Assembly (NCBI RefSeq): GCF_963921235.1
Contig: NC_086100.1
Location: 202,370,001-202,434,000, forward strand
Length of the DNA: 64,000 bases
Origin: Mobula hypostoma
Lineage: Eukaryota
Direction of reading: 5' to 3'
Shown: piece by piece, positions 1 to 12,141 of the stretch
How the letters are laid out: the number at the start of each line of letters is the position of its first letter
Position numbering within the stretch: the first letter of the stretch is position 1
The notes under the pieces: generated by a model
Told to the model about the DNA's origin: nothing
Database searches by the model: none
The model's input: the letters and a program-made list of their open reading frames with translations, nothing else
Made by a program: the position numbers and the translations under genes

Positions 1-130
1 CCTGTGACCCGGTGTCGAGTATGGCTTTGGCGTAAATACCCTCTATCCATAGCAACACACTGGAGCGTGGTGCAACTAAACCTTCAAGAATTGGGCCTTT
101 CGCTTTTAAGGGTTTATTGGTACATTACTG
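1..130 (-). mobile_element. Gypsy-type LTR retrotransposon fragment, aspartic protease N-terminus (runs off the window)
   Basis: The reverse complement of 1-60 translates to VLLWIEGIYAKAILDTGSQ, a retropepsin D-T-G motif. Confidence 0.65.
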
Positions 131-369
131 GGAATGTGCTCCCCCAGAAATACCAGGCCATTTCTCATTGGGTCTCCTCTAGGTTTTCCCAACGACTCTC
201 CCTGCAGTGGAATTAACAATTCATCCAGAGAGCGAATATCTACCCCACTCAGGGTAATCACACAGCATCCAATGGAATCAATTCCGAACGTAGCCCCCAC
301 AATTGTAACTCTCGCTTCGGCTAGCAGCTTATAGCCCCCGGCCCGGCCAGACTTTAGAAATCTCATTTG

Positions 370-819
370 GGTGGATGCTGCGTGATATTACAAATCAGTA
401 CTTTGAAATAACAAACAGTACACAATATGTAATTAAATGATTGAGCTTTATAATTCTTAATTTGACGATATGGTTTGTAAAGAAAACAAGAAGAAAAAGG
501 GCCCATCCTCATGAAACAGTCTATTGTGCAAAGTTGGAGCTCACTGCTAAGCTGTTCGTCCACCATCGACCTCCTCCGATTGTCACTGACCTTCGGACCC
601 TCGCTGTAAGTCCTGGTGATCTACCAACTCTCTCCATTTGCATCTTCTCTCCTCATCTCTCCCTGGCAAAAGACCCACAAATTCCTGACTCCCAGACATG
701 CAAGAAAGAACAACATCCTGCTCATTGGCTAGCATGCCCCGTTATCTCTGGTCATAACCTAAACATTGCTGCTACAGAGAAGCCATTACACTAGCAGTGA
801 AACATTACAGTGTGCTACA
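370..819 (-). repeat. Possible LTR-like segment associated with the adjacent Gypsy fragment
   Basis: The minus strand begins TGTAGCA at 819. It shares AAGTTGGAGCTCA with the non-coding segment near 2500. No PBS or TSD was found. Confidence 0.3.
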
Positions 820-2362
820 GGTACAAGACCCAGGTTTCGGAGCCGTGTAGCAGTGTTGTGATGATGGCAGCCCTGTACGCCTGGAGTTTTGTGGACAGAC
901 ATAGCTGGTGGTTCTTCCACACATGTTTCTGGAGGCGCCTGAAGGCACTGCTGGTTCTGGTGAGGCAACTGTCAACGTCCCCTACTACCGTAGCGTCGTT
1001 GGAGATGATGCTGCACAGGTAGGTGAACTACTCGACCATGGCGAGAGGGTGATCGTTAATGGTGATCCGAGGAGGGTTGTAAACGCCATGGCCTGGCCGT
1101 TAACCTGAAAGCCCTTCCAGCCTTGGCGAACTGAGTGACTTCAGCCTGTAGCATGTCCTCTGTGTCTGTGAGCAGAGCATAGTCATCCACAAATAGCAGC
1201 TCGAGAATGGGCTCTTGCTTGGCTTTTGTTTGGGCGAGAGGGTGGGTGAGGTTGAAGATACGTCTGTCAGTGCTGAACCGAATGAAGATGCTCTCTGAAG
1301 TGGTCTCTTTCACTTCCCTTAGCGTCGTGCTGAAAAAGGTGGCAAAGGATGTTGGTGCCAAAACGTAGCCTTGTTTCATGCTGGTACTGATGATGAATGG
1401 GTAGACAGGTTGCCGTTGTAGTTAACCTGACCACTTTGGCCTTCATTGAGCTGTTGCAGGATGGTGAGGAATTTCGGGGGACAGCCGAGCTTCGACAGAA
1501 TGTTCCAGAGACCATCGTGGCTAACTGTATCAAAGGTGTTGCTCAGGGTCAATGAACGCCACGTGCAGTCCCATGTTCTGTTCACGACACTTCTTGGACG
1601 TAGATAATGTCGAATGTGCCTCTGCTTGCTCTGAATCCGCACTGACTCCCCGAGGTGGCCTTTGGAAATGGTAGGGATGATTCTATCCAAGAGAATTCTG
1701 GCGAGGAGCTTCCTGGTAGTGGCAACAGGGTAACATCTCTGTAGTCTGAGCAACTTGATATCTCCCTTTTGTCCTTGTGCAGGGAGACAACTACAGCATC
1801 ACGTAGGTCATTTGGAACTGAACCTTTCTCGCAACAGAGTGAGAGTTTGTGAGTTCACTCAGGAGAAGGTCTCCGCCCATTTGTACACTTCCATTAGGAC
1901 CCCATCAATTCCTAGCACTCTATGGCATTTCAGCTTGGAAATAGCGACCTTGACCTTGTCCAGAGTCGGCGGGCCATCAGGCTTAACCCTGAGCTCATGC
2001 TGGTGGATCATTTCAATGGACGCTTCTGGTACATGTCATGATGTTTATCCCTGAACAGGCTCTCGTAGTGGCCAACTCATGATGGCTTCCTTGTCTGTCA
2101 GCGGGCCAGAGCCTTCGGATAAGCGTAGAGGGGCTTGAGCCTGATGAGTCAGACAATACAGCTCCCACAGCAAATCATAGAAGGCTCGAGCATTGCCGGT
2201 ATCTGCATAGTGCTGCGTTCGGTCTACTAGGGCAGTCTGCCAATCGTTTTTCATCTGTCTCAGTTTGGCTCGGAGGGAGCTGCAAGCAGCTCGGTACTCT
2301 GCTTTTGCCACCTGATTGTCAGGTCTGGAATGCTGTGTCAAAACCGCCCAAACACTCGGCAA
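820..2362 (-). mobile_element. Decayed RTE-clade LINE, reverse transcriptase region
   Basis: Fragmented minus-strand ORFs: KLLARILLDRI, FDTVSHDGLWNILSKLGCPPKF, KQGYVLAPTSF and ELLFVDDYAL (RT ADD-motif remnant). Confidence 0.8.
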
Positions 2363-2524
2363 GAATTAACAGGTCGTATGCGACATAAAATTATAAAGAG
2401 AATATATTTACAGGTTTCAGCTTTATCTAACAGTTAGTAGGAATGGGAAAAAATAATAAAAGGGCTGAATACAGTTAAACGAGTCCAATGTGCACATAAA
2501 GTTGGAGCTCATCCTAGAGTCACC

Positions 2525-3286
2525 TTTGGTAGGTCAAATATGATGGCAGAATATAGTATTAATGGTAAGACTCTTGGCAGTGTGGAGGATCAGAGGGATC
2601 TTGGGGTCCGAGTCCATAGGATGCTCAAAGCAGCTGCGCAGGTTGACTCTGTGATTAAGAAGGCATACGGTGTATTGGCCTTCATCAATCGTGGGATTGA
2701 GTTTAAGAGCCGAGAGGTAATGTTGCAGCTATATAGGACTCTGGTCAGACCCCACTTGGAGTACTGTGCTCAATTCTGGTCGCCTCACTACAGGAAGGAT
2801 GTGGAAACCATAGAAAGGGTGCAGAGGAGATTTACAAGGATGTTTCCTGGATTGGGGAGCATGCCTTATGAGAATAGGTTGAGTGAACTCGGCCTTTTTT
2901 CCTTGGAGCGACGGAGGATGAGAGGTGACCTGATAGAGGTGTATAAGATGATGAGAGGCATTAATCATGTGGCTAGTCAGAGGCTTTTTCCCAGGGCTGA
3001 AATGGCTAGCACGAGAGGGCACAGTTTTAAGGTGCTTGGAAGTAGGTACAGAGGAGATGTCAGGGGTAAGTTTTTTACTCAGAGTGGTGAGTGCGTGGAA
3101 TGGGCTGCCAGCGATGGTGGTGGAGGCGGAAATGATAGGGTCTTTTAAGAGACTCCTGGATAGGTACAAGGAGCTCAGAAAAATAGAGGGCTATGGGTAA
3201 GCCTAGGTAGTTTTAAGGTAGGGACATATTCAGCACAGCTTTGTGGGCCGAAGGGCCTGTATTGTGCTGTAGGGTTTCTATGTTTT
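2525..3286 (+). mobile_element. 5'-truncated CR1 LINE (ORF2 C-terminus and 3' tail)
   Basis: [19 protein letters not shown] and RGDLIEVYK motifs; ends in a TTTCTATG-type tail. Confidence 0.9.
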
Positions 3287-3691
3287 ACTCACGCACTGGA
3301 CCAACAGTCTGCATGAAGGCACACATCACATTCTGAACTTCACTCAAAATCCATCTCAAGCAGTCTGTTTCTCAGAAATATTGACCCTTCCTCCATCTGC
3401 ACAAAACACTTTGTGCAGCAGGCACTCTCCTTCCAAAGGCATTTTTCCTCTTCCATAGATCCCACCAAACGCCCTGAATCAGACTACCATCCCTCAGCCA
3501 AGCTCACTCTGGAAATTTCTCCTGATTCCACCATCCTGATGGGTTGACCCAACATTCCCAAGTGAACTTCAGGGCTTCTTGTCTATAGCTGAAACAAAAA
3601 CATTCTCCCAGCTGGACAAACTTCTTTTGCAGAATCTGCTAAAATGAACTATCTACAGCACAGCAGTAGAATTCTTAACCAGGGCATTGCA

Positions 3692-4418
3692 TTTTAGCAA
3701 GGCATTTGACAAGGTCCCACATGGGATGTTGGTCAAGAAGGTTCAGTCGCTTGGCATTCAAGGTGAGCTAGTAAATTGGGTTGGACATTGGTTTTGTGGG
3801 AGAAGCCAGAGAGTCGCAGTAGATGGTTGCCTCTCTGACTGGAGGCCTGTGGTTAGTGGCGTGCTGCAGGATCGGTGCTGGGTCTTTTGTTATTTGTCAT
3901 CTGTATCAATGATCTGGATGATAATGTGGTTAACTGGATCAGCAAATGTGCAGATAACACCAAGATTGAGAGTGTAGTGGACAGTGAGGAAGACTATCAG
4001 AGCCTGGCAGTGGGATCTGGACCAGCTGGAAAAATGGCAGATGGAATTTGATGTAGACAAGTGTGAGGTGTGCACTGGTAGGACCAACCCGGGTAGGTCT
4101 TCCACTATGAATAGTTGGACTTGAGGAGTGCTGAAGAGCAAAGGGATCTGGGAACAGAGGTCCATAATTCATTGAAAGTGTATCACAGATCGATAGGGTT
4201 GTAAAGAAAGATTTTGGCATATTTGTCTTCAGAAATCAAAGGAGATGGGATGTTAAGGCAGTAATGGCTAGAAATTCTGTAAGTTATTTGGAAAGCACAG
4301 GATATATACATCCCAAAGAGGAAGAAGAATTCTAAAAGAAACATGACACAACCACGGCTAACAAGGGAAGTCAAAACCAAGGAGAGGGCATATAATAGAG
4401 CAACAATTAGTGGGAAGT
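3692..4418 (+). mobile_element. Degraded CR1 ORF2 fragments
   Basis: FSKAFDKVPH motif and a decayed RT region with stops and frameshifts. Confidence 0.75.
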
Positions 4419-4715
4419 TAGAGTTCAAAGGTTTGAAAAGTTCCTTTTATTAACGAAGTATACAACTCTGAAATTTTCAATTCTCTTGATAGCCATGATA
4501 CTAAGAAAGAAAAGAAAGGCAGCACCATCATCAACTCCCAAAACCCACCTCCCCGTTTAAAAAAGAAGAAACAAAAATGTATCAGGCATATCAACCCCAA
4601 ATCCCCCGTGCTCAAAAAAAAAAGAAAAAAATGTATCAGCACATCAACTCTCCTAATCCCTCCTGCACACAAAAAAACCAATCAAAATGGATCAGGCACA
4701 TCGACCCTGTGACCT

Positions 4716-5000
4716 TGTGGCGACCCACTTTCTGGCACACACGAACCGGCTCACGAAACAGCGCGCGCAGGCAGAGGGCCGGCAGCAAAACGGGCGCCAG
4801 GCCATCTTCACCAGCAGGGGGAAAATCCCGCGCGGAAAGGGTCTGGGAATATGCATTCCCCACGGTAGTCCCGCCCAGGGAGGGCGGGAACGGGAAGGCT
4901 TTAAAGCAGGCTGCGAAGTTTGAATAAATCTCTTTCATCGCAACTCTAACTCACCGACTCCGTGTGGTTATTCTATCGCTGTGTGTAGCACATCGCTACA
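4716..5000 (+). repeat. 5' LTR (285 bp)
   Basis: TGTGGCG...CGCTACA; contains TTTAAA and AATAAA; differs from the 3' LTR by about 8 substitutions and 2 indels (by eye). Confidence 0.95.
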
Positions 5001-5002
5001 AT

Positions 5003-5016
5003 TGGTGACCCCGACG
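5003..5016 (+). promoter_or_regulatory. Primer binding site complementary to the tRNA-Trp 3' end
   Basis: TGGTGACCCCGACG, 2 nt after the LTR, matches the first 14 nt of the canonical tRNA-Trp PBS (TGGTGACCCCGACGTGAT). Confidence 0.88.
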
Positions 5017-5040
5017 GCCCAAACGATATTTGGACCAGAG

Positions 5041-6342
5041 ATGACCGACGCTGCATCTGTTCACGCAGTTTCGTTAAAACTGCCAAGCTTCTGGACGCTG
5101 CGAGCCCATTTATGGTTCGAACAATCAGAAGCACAATTCCACATTCGGCAGATAACCTCGGAGTCCACTCGCTACTACTACGTGCTGAGCTCCCTCGACC
5201 AGGAGACTGCTGCACAAGTTGTGGAGTTTATACAGTCGCCCCCGGAGGACAGCAAATACACAGCATTCAAAGCCCTGCTCATAAGGACTTTCGGACTCTC
5301 ACGGCGCGAACGAGCACGCCGCTTAATGCACCTGGATGGTTTGGGAGACAGGCCGCCGTCAGCATTAATGAACGAGATGCTGGCCCTGGCTGAAGGACAC
5401 AAACCCTGCCTCATGTTTGAGCAGGCGTTCCTAGAGCAACTGCCCGAGGACATATGCCTGCTGCTGTCCGACGCAGATTTCAGCAAACCCCGGGAGGTGG
5501 CGGCCCGAGCAGATGTGCTGTGGAATGCCAGGAAAGAGAGAGGGGCATCCGTCGCACAGATCACCAAGCCGCGTGCCCAACCACAGACCAGACCAGGCCC
5601 GGCAGCAGAGCCTACAAAACCCGGCGACGGGAGTGAGGAGCCCAACGAACAATGGTGTTTCTACCACCAGCGGTGGGGCACAGAGGCCCGCCGCAGTAGA
5701 CCACCCTGCAAATTCCCGGGAAACGCCAAGACCCAGCCGCTGCCGATCGCTACGGCGGCTGGCCATCAGGACAGCCTCCTGTACGTCTGGGACAAGCAGT
5801 CGGGACGCCGCTTTTTGGTCAACACCGGAGCGGAGATCAGCGTCTTACCTCCAACGAGTTACGACACCCGCAACAGAGAACCGGGACCCACCCTGAGGGC
5901 CGCTAATGACAGCACAATACGAACCTACGGCACCCGCACGGTGGGGCTACAGTTCAGCTCCAGCCGGTTCACGTGGGACTTCACACTGGCCGCCGTGGCC
6001 CAACCACTCCTGGGGGCGGATTTTCTACGAGCCCACAGCCTGCTGGTCGACTTGCAAGGGAAGCGATTAGTCCACGCCAAGACTTTTCAAACGTTCTCCC
6101 TGGGTGAAGCACAGTTACCAGCCCCACACCTGGACTCCATCACACTGTCCGACGATGAATTCACCAGGGTCCTGGCGGATTTCCCATCAGTACTGACACC
6201 GCAGTTCACGGCAGCCATGCCCAGACACGGAGTACAGCACCACATCCGACCCAGGGACCACCTCTCCATGCCCGCGCTCGACGGCTTCCCCCGGACAAGC
6301 TCCGACTGGCGAAGGAAGAGTTCAAGAAGATGGAGGAATTAG
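5041..6342 (+). pseudogene. gag: Gypsy gag-protease ORF (disrupted)
   Basis: N-terminal VSLKLPSFW...WFEQSEAQF; CHCC-type knuckle CFYHQRWGTEARRSRPPC (one C replaced by S); protease FLVNTGAEIS (catalytic D replaced by N); frameshift near 6250. Confidence 0.85.
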
Positions 6343-9010
6343 GGATCATACGACGGTCCGACAGCCCACGGGCCTCCCCCCTTCACATGGTGCCCAAGGC
6401 AACGGGGGCTGGAGACCATGCGGTGACTACCGCAGACTGAACGAGGCTACAACGCCAGACCGCTACCCTGTGCCGCACATTCAAGACTTCGCAGCAAACC
6501 TACACGGCGCAAGGATCTTTTCCAAGGTAGACCTCTTCCGGGGATCTCAAATCCCTGTACATCCGGACGACATCCCCAAAACAGCACTTATCACCCCGTT
6601 CGGACTTTTCGAATTCCTCCGAATGCCGTTTGGTCTAAAGAATGCCGCACAGACTTTCCAGCGGCTAATGGACGCGGTGGGACGCGACCTGGACTTTGCA
6701 TTCATCTGTTTGGACGACATCCTCATAGCCAGCAGTAGTCGGCAGGAGCATCTGTCCCACCTCCGCCAGCTCTACTCCCGCCTGAGTGAATTCGGCCTTA
6801 CAATCAACCCGGCCAAATGCCAGTTCGGACTCGATACCATCGACTTCCTGGGCCACAGGATTACTAAAGACGGGGCAACCCCGCTGCCCGCCAAGGTAGA
6901 CGCGGTCCGCCACTTCCCCCGACCCAACACAATCAAAGGCTTGCAGGAATTCGTGGGTATGGTGAATTTCTACCACCGTTTCCTCCCCTCAGCAGCCCGA
7001 ACCATGCGCCCCTTATTCACTCTAATGTCGGGTAAGGGCAAGGACATTACCTGGGACGAAGAGGCCGCAGCCGCTTTCGTTAAGACCAAAGAAGCCTTGG
7101 CAAACGCCGCGATGCTAGTGCACCCCAGAACGGACGTTCCTACTGCCCTCACGGTGGACGCATCCAACACAGTAGTCGGTGGAGTGCTGGAACAACTCAT
7201 CGAGGGTCGCTGGCAACCCCTGGCGTTCTTCAGCAAACACCTACGACCACCCGAACTCAAATACAGTGCTTTCGACCGGGAGCTATTGGCACTATACCTG
7301 GCAATCCGGCATTTCAGGTACTTCTTAGAAGGTAGGCCCTTCACCGCGTTCACAGACCACAAACCGCTTACCTTTGCGTTCACTAAGGTGTCCGACCCCT
7401 GGTAGTCCCGCCAACAGCGACATCTGTCCTACATCTCCGAGTACACGACGGACATCCGGCATGTCTCTGGAAAGAACAATGTCGTGGCGGACGCACTTTC
7501 CAGACCTACCATACAGGCCCTGTCCCGGGGGTGGACTATGCAGTGCTGGCAGAGGCACAGCAGGCAGACGCTGAGATCCCCAGTTACAGGACTGCAGTCT
7601 CCGGTTTGCAGCTCCAAGACCTCCCCGTAGGTCCAGGTGAGAGGACCCTACTATGTGACGTAGCTACCGGCCAACCCCGCCCCGTCGTCCCAGCAGCCTG
7701 GCGCCGGCGGGTGTTCAAATCCATTCACAACTTAGCGCACCCCTCCATCAGGACAACCGTCCGTCTGGTCTCCAACAGGTTCGTGTGGCATGGACTGCGT
7801 AAACAGGTCAGTGAATGGGCCAAAACGTGCGCAGTGCCAAACGGCCAAGATGCAGCGGCACACCAAGGCTCCGCCTCAGCAGCTCGAACCCACCCGCCGG
7901 AGGTTCGACCACATTCATGTGGATATCGTGGGGCCCCTGCCAGTGTCACGAGGAGCGCGGTACCTCCTAACTATGATAGACAGGTTCACCAGATGGCCAG
8001 AGGCAGTCCCGCTCAGCGACACCACCTCCGAATCCTGCGCCCAAGCACTGATCGCAACCTGGGTAGCCCGCTTCGGGGTACCGGCCCACATTACCTCCGA
8101 CAGGGGAGCACAGTTCACCTCCAGCCTGTGGTCGGCTATGGCCAGACTTTTAGGAACACAGCTACACCACACAACTGCCTACCACCCACAGTCGAACGGA
8201 CTAGTGGAGCGCTTCCACCGTCACCTGAAGTCGGCTCTCATGGCCCACCTGGAGGGGCCTAACTGGGTGGACGAACTTCCCTGGGTCCTGCTCGGAATCC
8301 GCACGGCGCCCAAAGAGGATCTGCACACCTCGTCGGCCGAGTTGGTGTACGGCGCGCCCCTGGTCATCCCAGGAGAGTTCATACCAGCCCCAAGGGGGCA
8401 AGAGGAAGAACCCACAGCAGTCCTGGACAGACTACGGGAGAGGCTCGGTAACCTGGCCCCCATACCCACTTCACAGCACGGACAGAGCCCGACCTGCGTA
8501 CCCAAAGACCTGCAGAACTGTAAGTTTCGTTTTGTACGACGGGGCGGACACCGGGCACCGCTACAGCGGCCCTACGAGGGGCCGTTTAAGGTGATCAGGA
8601 ACAACGGGTCCACGTTCGTGCTGGACATTGGGGGGAGAGAGGAGGTTTTCACGGTGGACCGACTCAAACCGGCCCATGTGGACTTGGAACAACCGGTCCA
8701 GGCTCAGGCACCGCGGCGCAGGGGCAGACCTCCCAAACAGAGGCCGATCCAGACTGTGGACATTGGGGGAGGTATCGCCGGTTCTGGGGGGGGGGGTGTT
8801 ATGTGGCGACCCATTTTCTGGCACCCACGAACCGGCTCACAACAGCGCGCGCAGGCAGAGGGCCGGCAGCAAAAAGAGCTCCAGGCCATCTTCACCAGCA
8901 GGGGAAAATCCCGCGCGGAAAGGGTCTGGGAATATGCATTCCCCACGGTAGTCCCGCCCAGGGAGGGCGGGAACGGGAAGGCTTTAAAGCGGGCCGCGAA
9001 GTTTGAATAA
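6250..9010 (+). pseudogene. pol: Gypsy pol (RT, RNase H, integrase), frameshifted
   Basis: RMPFGLKNAAQTFQR and FICLDDILI (YxDD changed to CLDD); RNase H TVDASN...DRELLA...TDHKPL; stop at 7403-7405; integrase HNLAH...C..C, HVDIVGP, ITSDRGAQF, QSNGLVERFH and a GPF motif. Confidence 0.9.
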
Positions 9011-9083
9011 ATCTCTTTCATCGCAACTCTAACTCACCGACTCCGTGTGGTTATTCTAGCGCTGTGTGTAGCACATCGCTACA
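8802..9083 (+). repeat. 3' LTR (282 bp)
   Basis: Direct repeat of 4716-5000, preceded by a G-tract PPT and followed by the TSD ACCT. Confidence 0.95.
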
Positions 9084-11297
9084 ACCTGTTCAAAAGGGAT
9101 GGTTGCACTTGAATCTGAGTGGGCCAATATTCTTGCGGTCAGGTTTGCTAGAGCTGTTGGGAGTGGTTTCAACTAATACGGCAGAGGGATGGGAACCAGT
9201 TTCATTGAGCTGAGGATGAGCCAACAGGTTTACAAGTGGATGATGGGTGTAACATGAATGTAAGGAAGGACAGGCCAATGTCTGGGTACAAATGCAGACA
9301 GAGCAAAGAGTTAAATTGTACCACAGAAGCATAATTCAAAAGGGTGAAGAATGCAGGACTGAAGGTGCTGTATTTAAATGCGCGTAGTATTCGGAATAAG
9401 GTGGACAAACGTGGCGTAAAAGAGAAGTGAGAGTAATGCTGGAGAGATAGCAATGGGGGAACAAGAAAATGGCAGATGAACTGAATAAGTACTTTTGCAT
9501 TGGTTTTCACTGTGGAAGACACCGGAAGTATGGTGGAAGTTCCAGATCTCAGGGGTCATGAAATGTTGTAAGTTACCATAACTAGAGTGAAAGTTCTTGG
9601 GAACTGAATGAGTAGCTGAGGAGATGGTGCAGGGGACAGGGTTTCAAGTTCTTAGATCATTGGAACATCTTCGGGGGAAGGGGTGACCTGTACAAGTGGG
9701 ATGAGTTGCACCTGGACTGGAGGGGAGCCAATATCCCGGGAGGGAGGTTTGCTGATGCTACTGGGGAGGGTTTAAACTAGATTTGCAGGAAGGTGGGAAC
9801 CGAAGAGAAGAGGCAGAGGATGGGGAGGTTGGCGCACAAGTAGAGACAGCTTGTAGTGAGTTTGTGAGGAAGGATAGGCAGATGTTAGATCAAAGATGCT
9901 CTCTGCCTGATGGTTTGAGATGTGTCTATTTTAATGCAAAGAATATCATAAATAAAGCAGATGGACTGTGACGTTGTGGCCATTACAGAGACTTAGATGT
10001 CTTGGGCAGGAATGGCTGCTGAATGTACTGGGTTTTAGATGTTTCAAAAAGGACAGGGAGGGAGGCAAAAGAGGTGGGGGAGTGGCATTGCTAATCGGGG
10101 ATAGTGTCACGGCTGCAGAAAAGAAGGAAATCATGAGGGACTGTCTACTGAGTCATTGTGGGTGGAAGTTGGAAACAGGAAGGGGGCAATAACTCTACCG
10201 GGTGTTTTTTTATAGACCCCACCCCCCAATAGTAACAGAAATACCAAGGAGCAGATAGGGAGGTAGATTCTGGAACTGTTCAATAATAATAGGGTTGTTT
10301 TGATGGGTAATTTTGACTTTCCTAATATTGACTAGCATCTACTTAGAGCAGGGGGGTTCAGATGGGTTGGAGTTTGTAAGGTGTGTTCAATAGGTTCAAT
10401 TCAGGGAACATTTGTATGAAGTTCTGCGTAAGTATGTTCCATTGAGGCAGGGAAAGAATGGTAGGGTTAAAGAACCAATGCGTACAAAGGATGTAGAAAA
10501 TCTAGTTAAGAAGAAAAGAAAAGCTTATGGAAGGTTCAAGAAACTAGGTACTGTTAGAGCTCTAGAAAATTACAAGGTTGCCAGGAAGGAGCTTAAGAAT
10601 GAAGTCAGGAGGACTAGAAGGGGCCATGAGAAAGCCTACAGAAGCAGGATTAAAGAAACTCCCAAGGTATTCTACAAGTACATGAAGAGCGAGAGGATGA
10701 GCCGTGTGAGATTAGGACCAACCAGGAGCGATAGTGGAAACGTGTGCATGGAGTTGGAGGAGGTACTTAATGAATACTTTGCTTCAGTATTCACTAGGGA
10801 AAAGGACCTTGGCAATTGTGTGGATGACTTACAGTGGACTGAAAAACTAGAGCATACAGACATTAAGAAAGGGAATGTGCTGGAGTTTTTGAAAAGCATT
10901 AAGTGAGATAAGTTGCCAGGTCCGGACGAGATATAACCCAGGCTACTATGGGAAGTGAGGGAGGAGATTGCTGAGCCTCTTGCGATGATATTTGCATCAT
11001 CAATGGGGACGAGAGAAGTACTGGAGGATTAGAGGGTAGTAAAATGTTGTTCCCTTGTTCAAGAAAGGGAGTAGACTTAACCCAGAAAAATACAGATCAG
11101 TGAGTCTTACCAGTAGAGAGCAAGTTGTTGGAGAAGATCCTGAGAGGCAGGATTTATGAGCATTTGGAGAGACATAATCTGATTAGGGATAGTCAGCATG
11201 GCTTTGTCAAGGGCAGGTCATGCCTTATGAGCCTGATTGAATTCTTTGAGGATGTAACAAAACACATTGATGAAGGTAGAGCAGTGGATGTAGTGTA

Positions 11298-11404
11298 ACA
11301 TACATCAAAGTTGCTGGTGAACGCAGCAGGCCAGGCAGCATCTATAGGAAGAAGCGCAGTCGACGTTTCAGGCCGAGACCCTTCGTCAGGACTAACTGAA
11401 GGAA
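11298..11404 (-). mobile_element. Short Penelope-like terminal-repeat insertion carrying a hammerhead ribozyme
   Basis: Flanked by the 11-bp TSD GATGTAGTGTA (11287-11297 and 11405-11415); same family as the copies at 12142, 30212 and 60330. Confidence 0.75.
11357..11393 (-). ncRNA. Minimal type I hammerhead ribozyme
   Basis: Minus strand reads AGUC-CUGACGA-AGG(GUCUCGG)CCU-GAAAC-GUC^-GACU: complete core, stem I AGUC/GACU, stem II AGG/CCU and a palindromic ACGU stem III. Confidence 0.8.
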
Positions 11405-12141
11405 GATGTAGTGTATATGGATTTCAGTAAAGCACTTGATAAGATTGCACATGGAAGGCTCTTTAAGAAAGTAAGGAGGCATGGGATCCAAGGAGACCTT
11501 ACTTTGTGTATCCGGAATTGACGTGCCCACAGAAGGTAAAGTGTGGTTGTAGATGGTTTGTATTCTACGTGGAGGTTGGTGACCAGTGGTGTTCCACAAG
11601 GATCTGTTCTGGGACCCCTCCTCTTTGTGATTTTTTTTTATAAATGACCTGGATGAGGAAGTAGAAGGGTGGGTTAGTAAGTTTGCTGATGACACAAAAG
11701 TTAGTGGAGTTCTGGATAGTCTGGATGGTTGTCAAAGGTTATGGCAGGACATGGATAGGGTGCAGAACTGTGCTGAGAAGTGGCAGATGGAGTTCAACCC
11801 AGAAAAATGTGAAGTGATACATTTTGGTAGGTCAAATTTGAAGACAGAATACAGCATTAATGGTAAGACTGTTGGCAGTGTGGAGGATCAGAGAGATCTT
11901 GGGGTCTGTGTCAATAGGACACTCAAAACTGCTGCGCAGGTTGACAGTGTTGTTAAGAAAGCGTATTGTGTGTTGGCATTCATCAACCGTGGGATTGAGT
12001 TCAAGAGCCATTAGGTAATGTTACAGCTATATAAGACCTTGGTCAGACCCCACTTGGAGTAATGAGTTCAGTTCTGGTCACCTCACTACGGGAAGGAAGT
12101 GGATACTATAGAGAAAGTGCAGAGGAGACTTACAAAGGTGT

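Larger units (their letters stand above)
4716..9083 (+). mobile_element. Full-length Ty3/Gypsy LTR retrotransposon, CsRn1-like clade, inactivated
   Basis: TG...CA LTRs at 4716-5000 and 8802-9083; 4-bp TSD ACCT (4712-4715 and 9084-9087); PBS at 5003-5016; poly-G PPT at 8786-8796; domain order gag-PR-RT-RH-IN. Confidence 0.97.

Noticed and set aside
2365..3691. Possible minus-strand solo LTR split by the CR1 at 2525-3286
   Set aside because: It has a TG start at 3691 and a short shared motif with 370-819, but no convincing CA end or TSD could be identified.
8560..8800. env-like third ORF in the Gypsy element
   Set aside because: There is no room between the integrase and the PPT, and no signal-peptide or transmembrane ORF.
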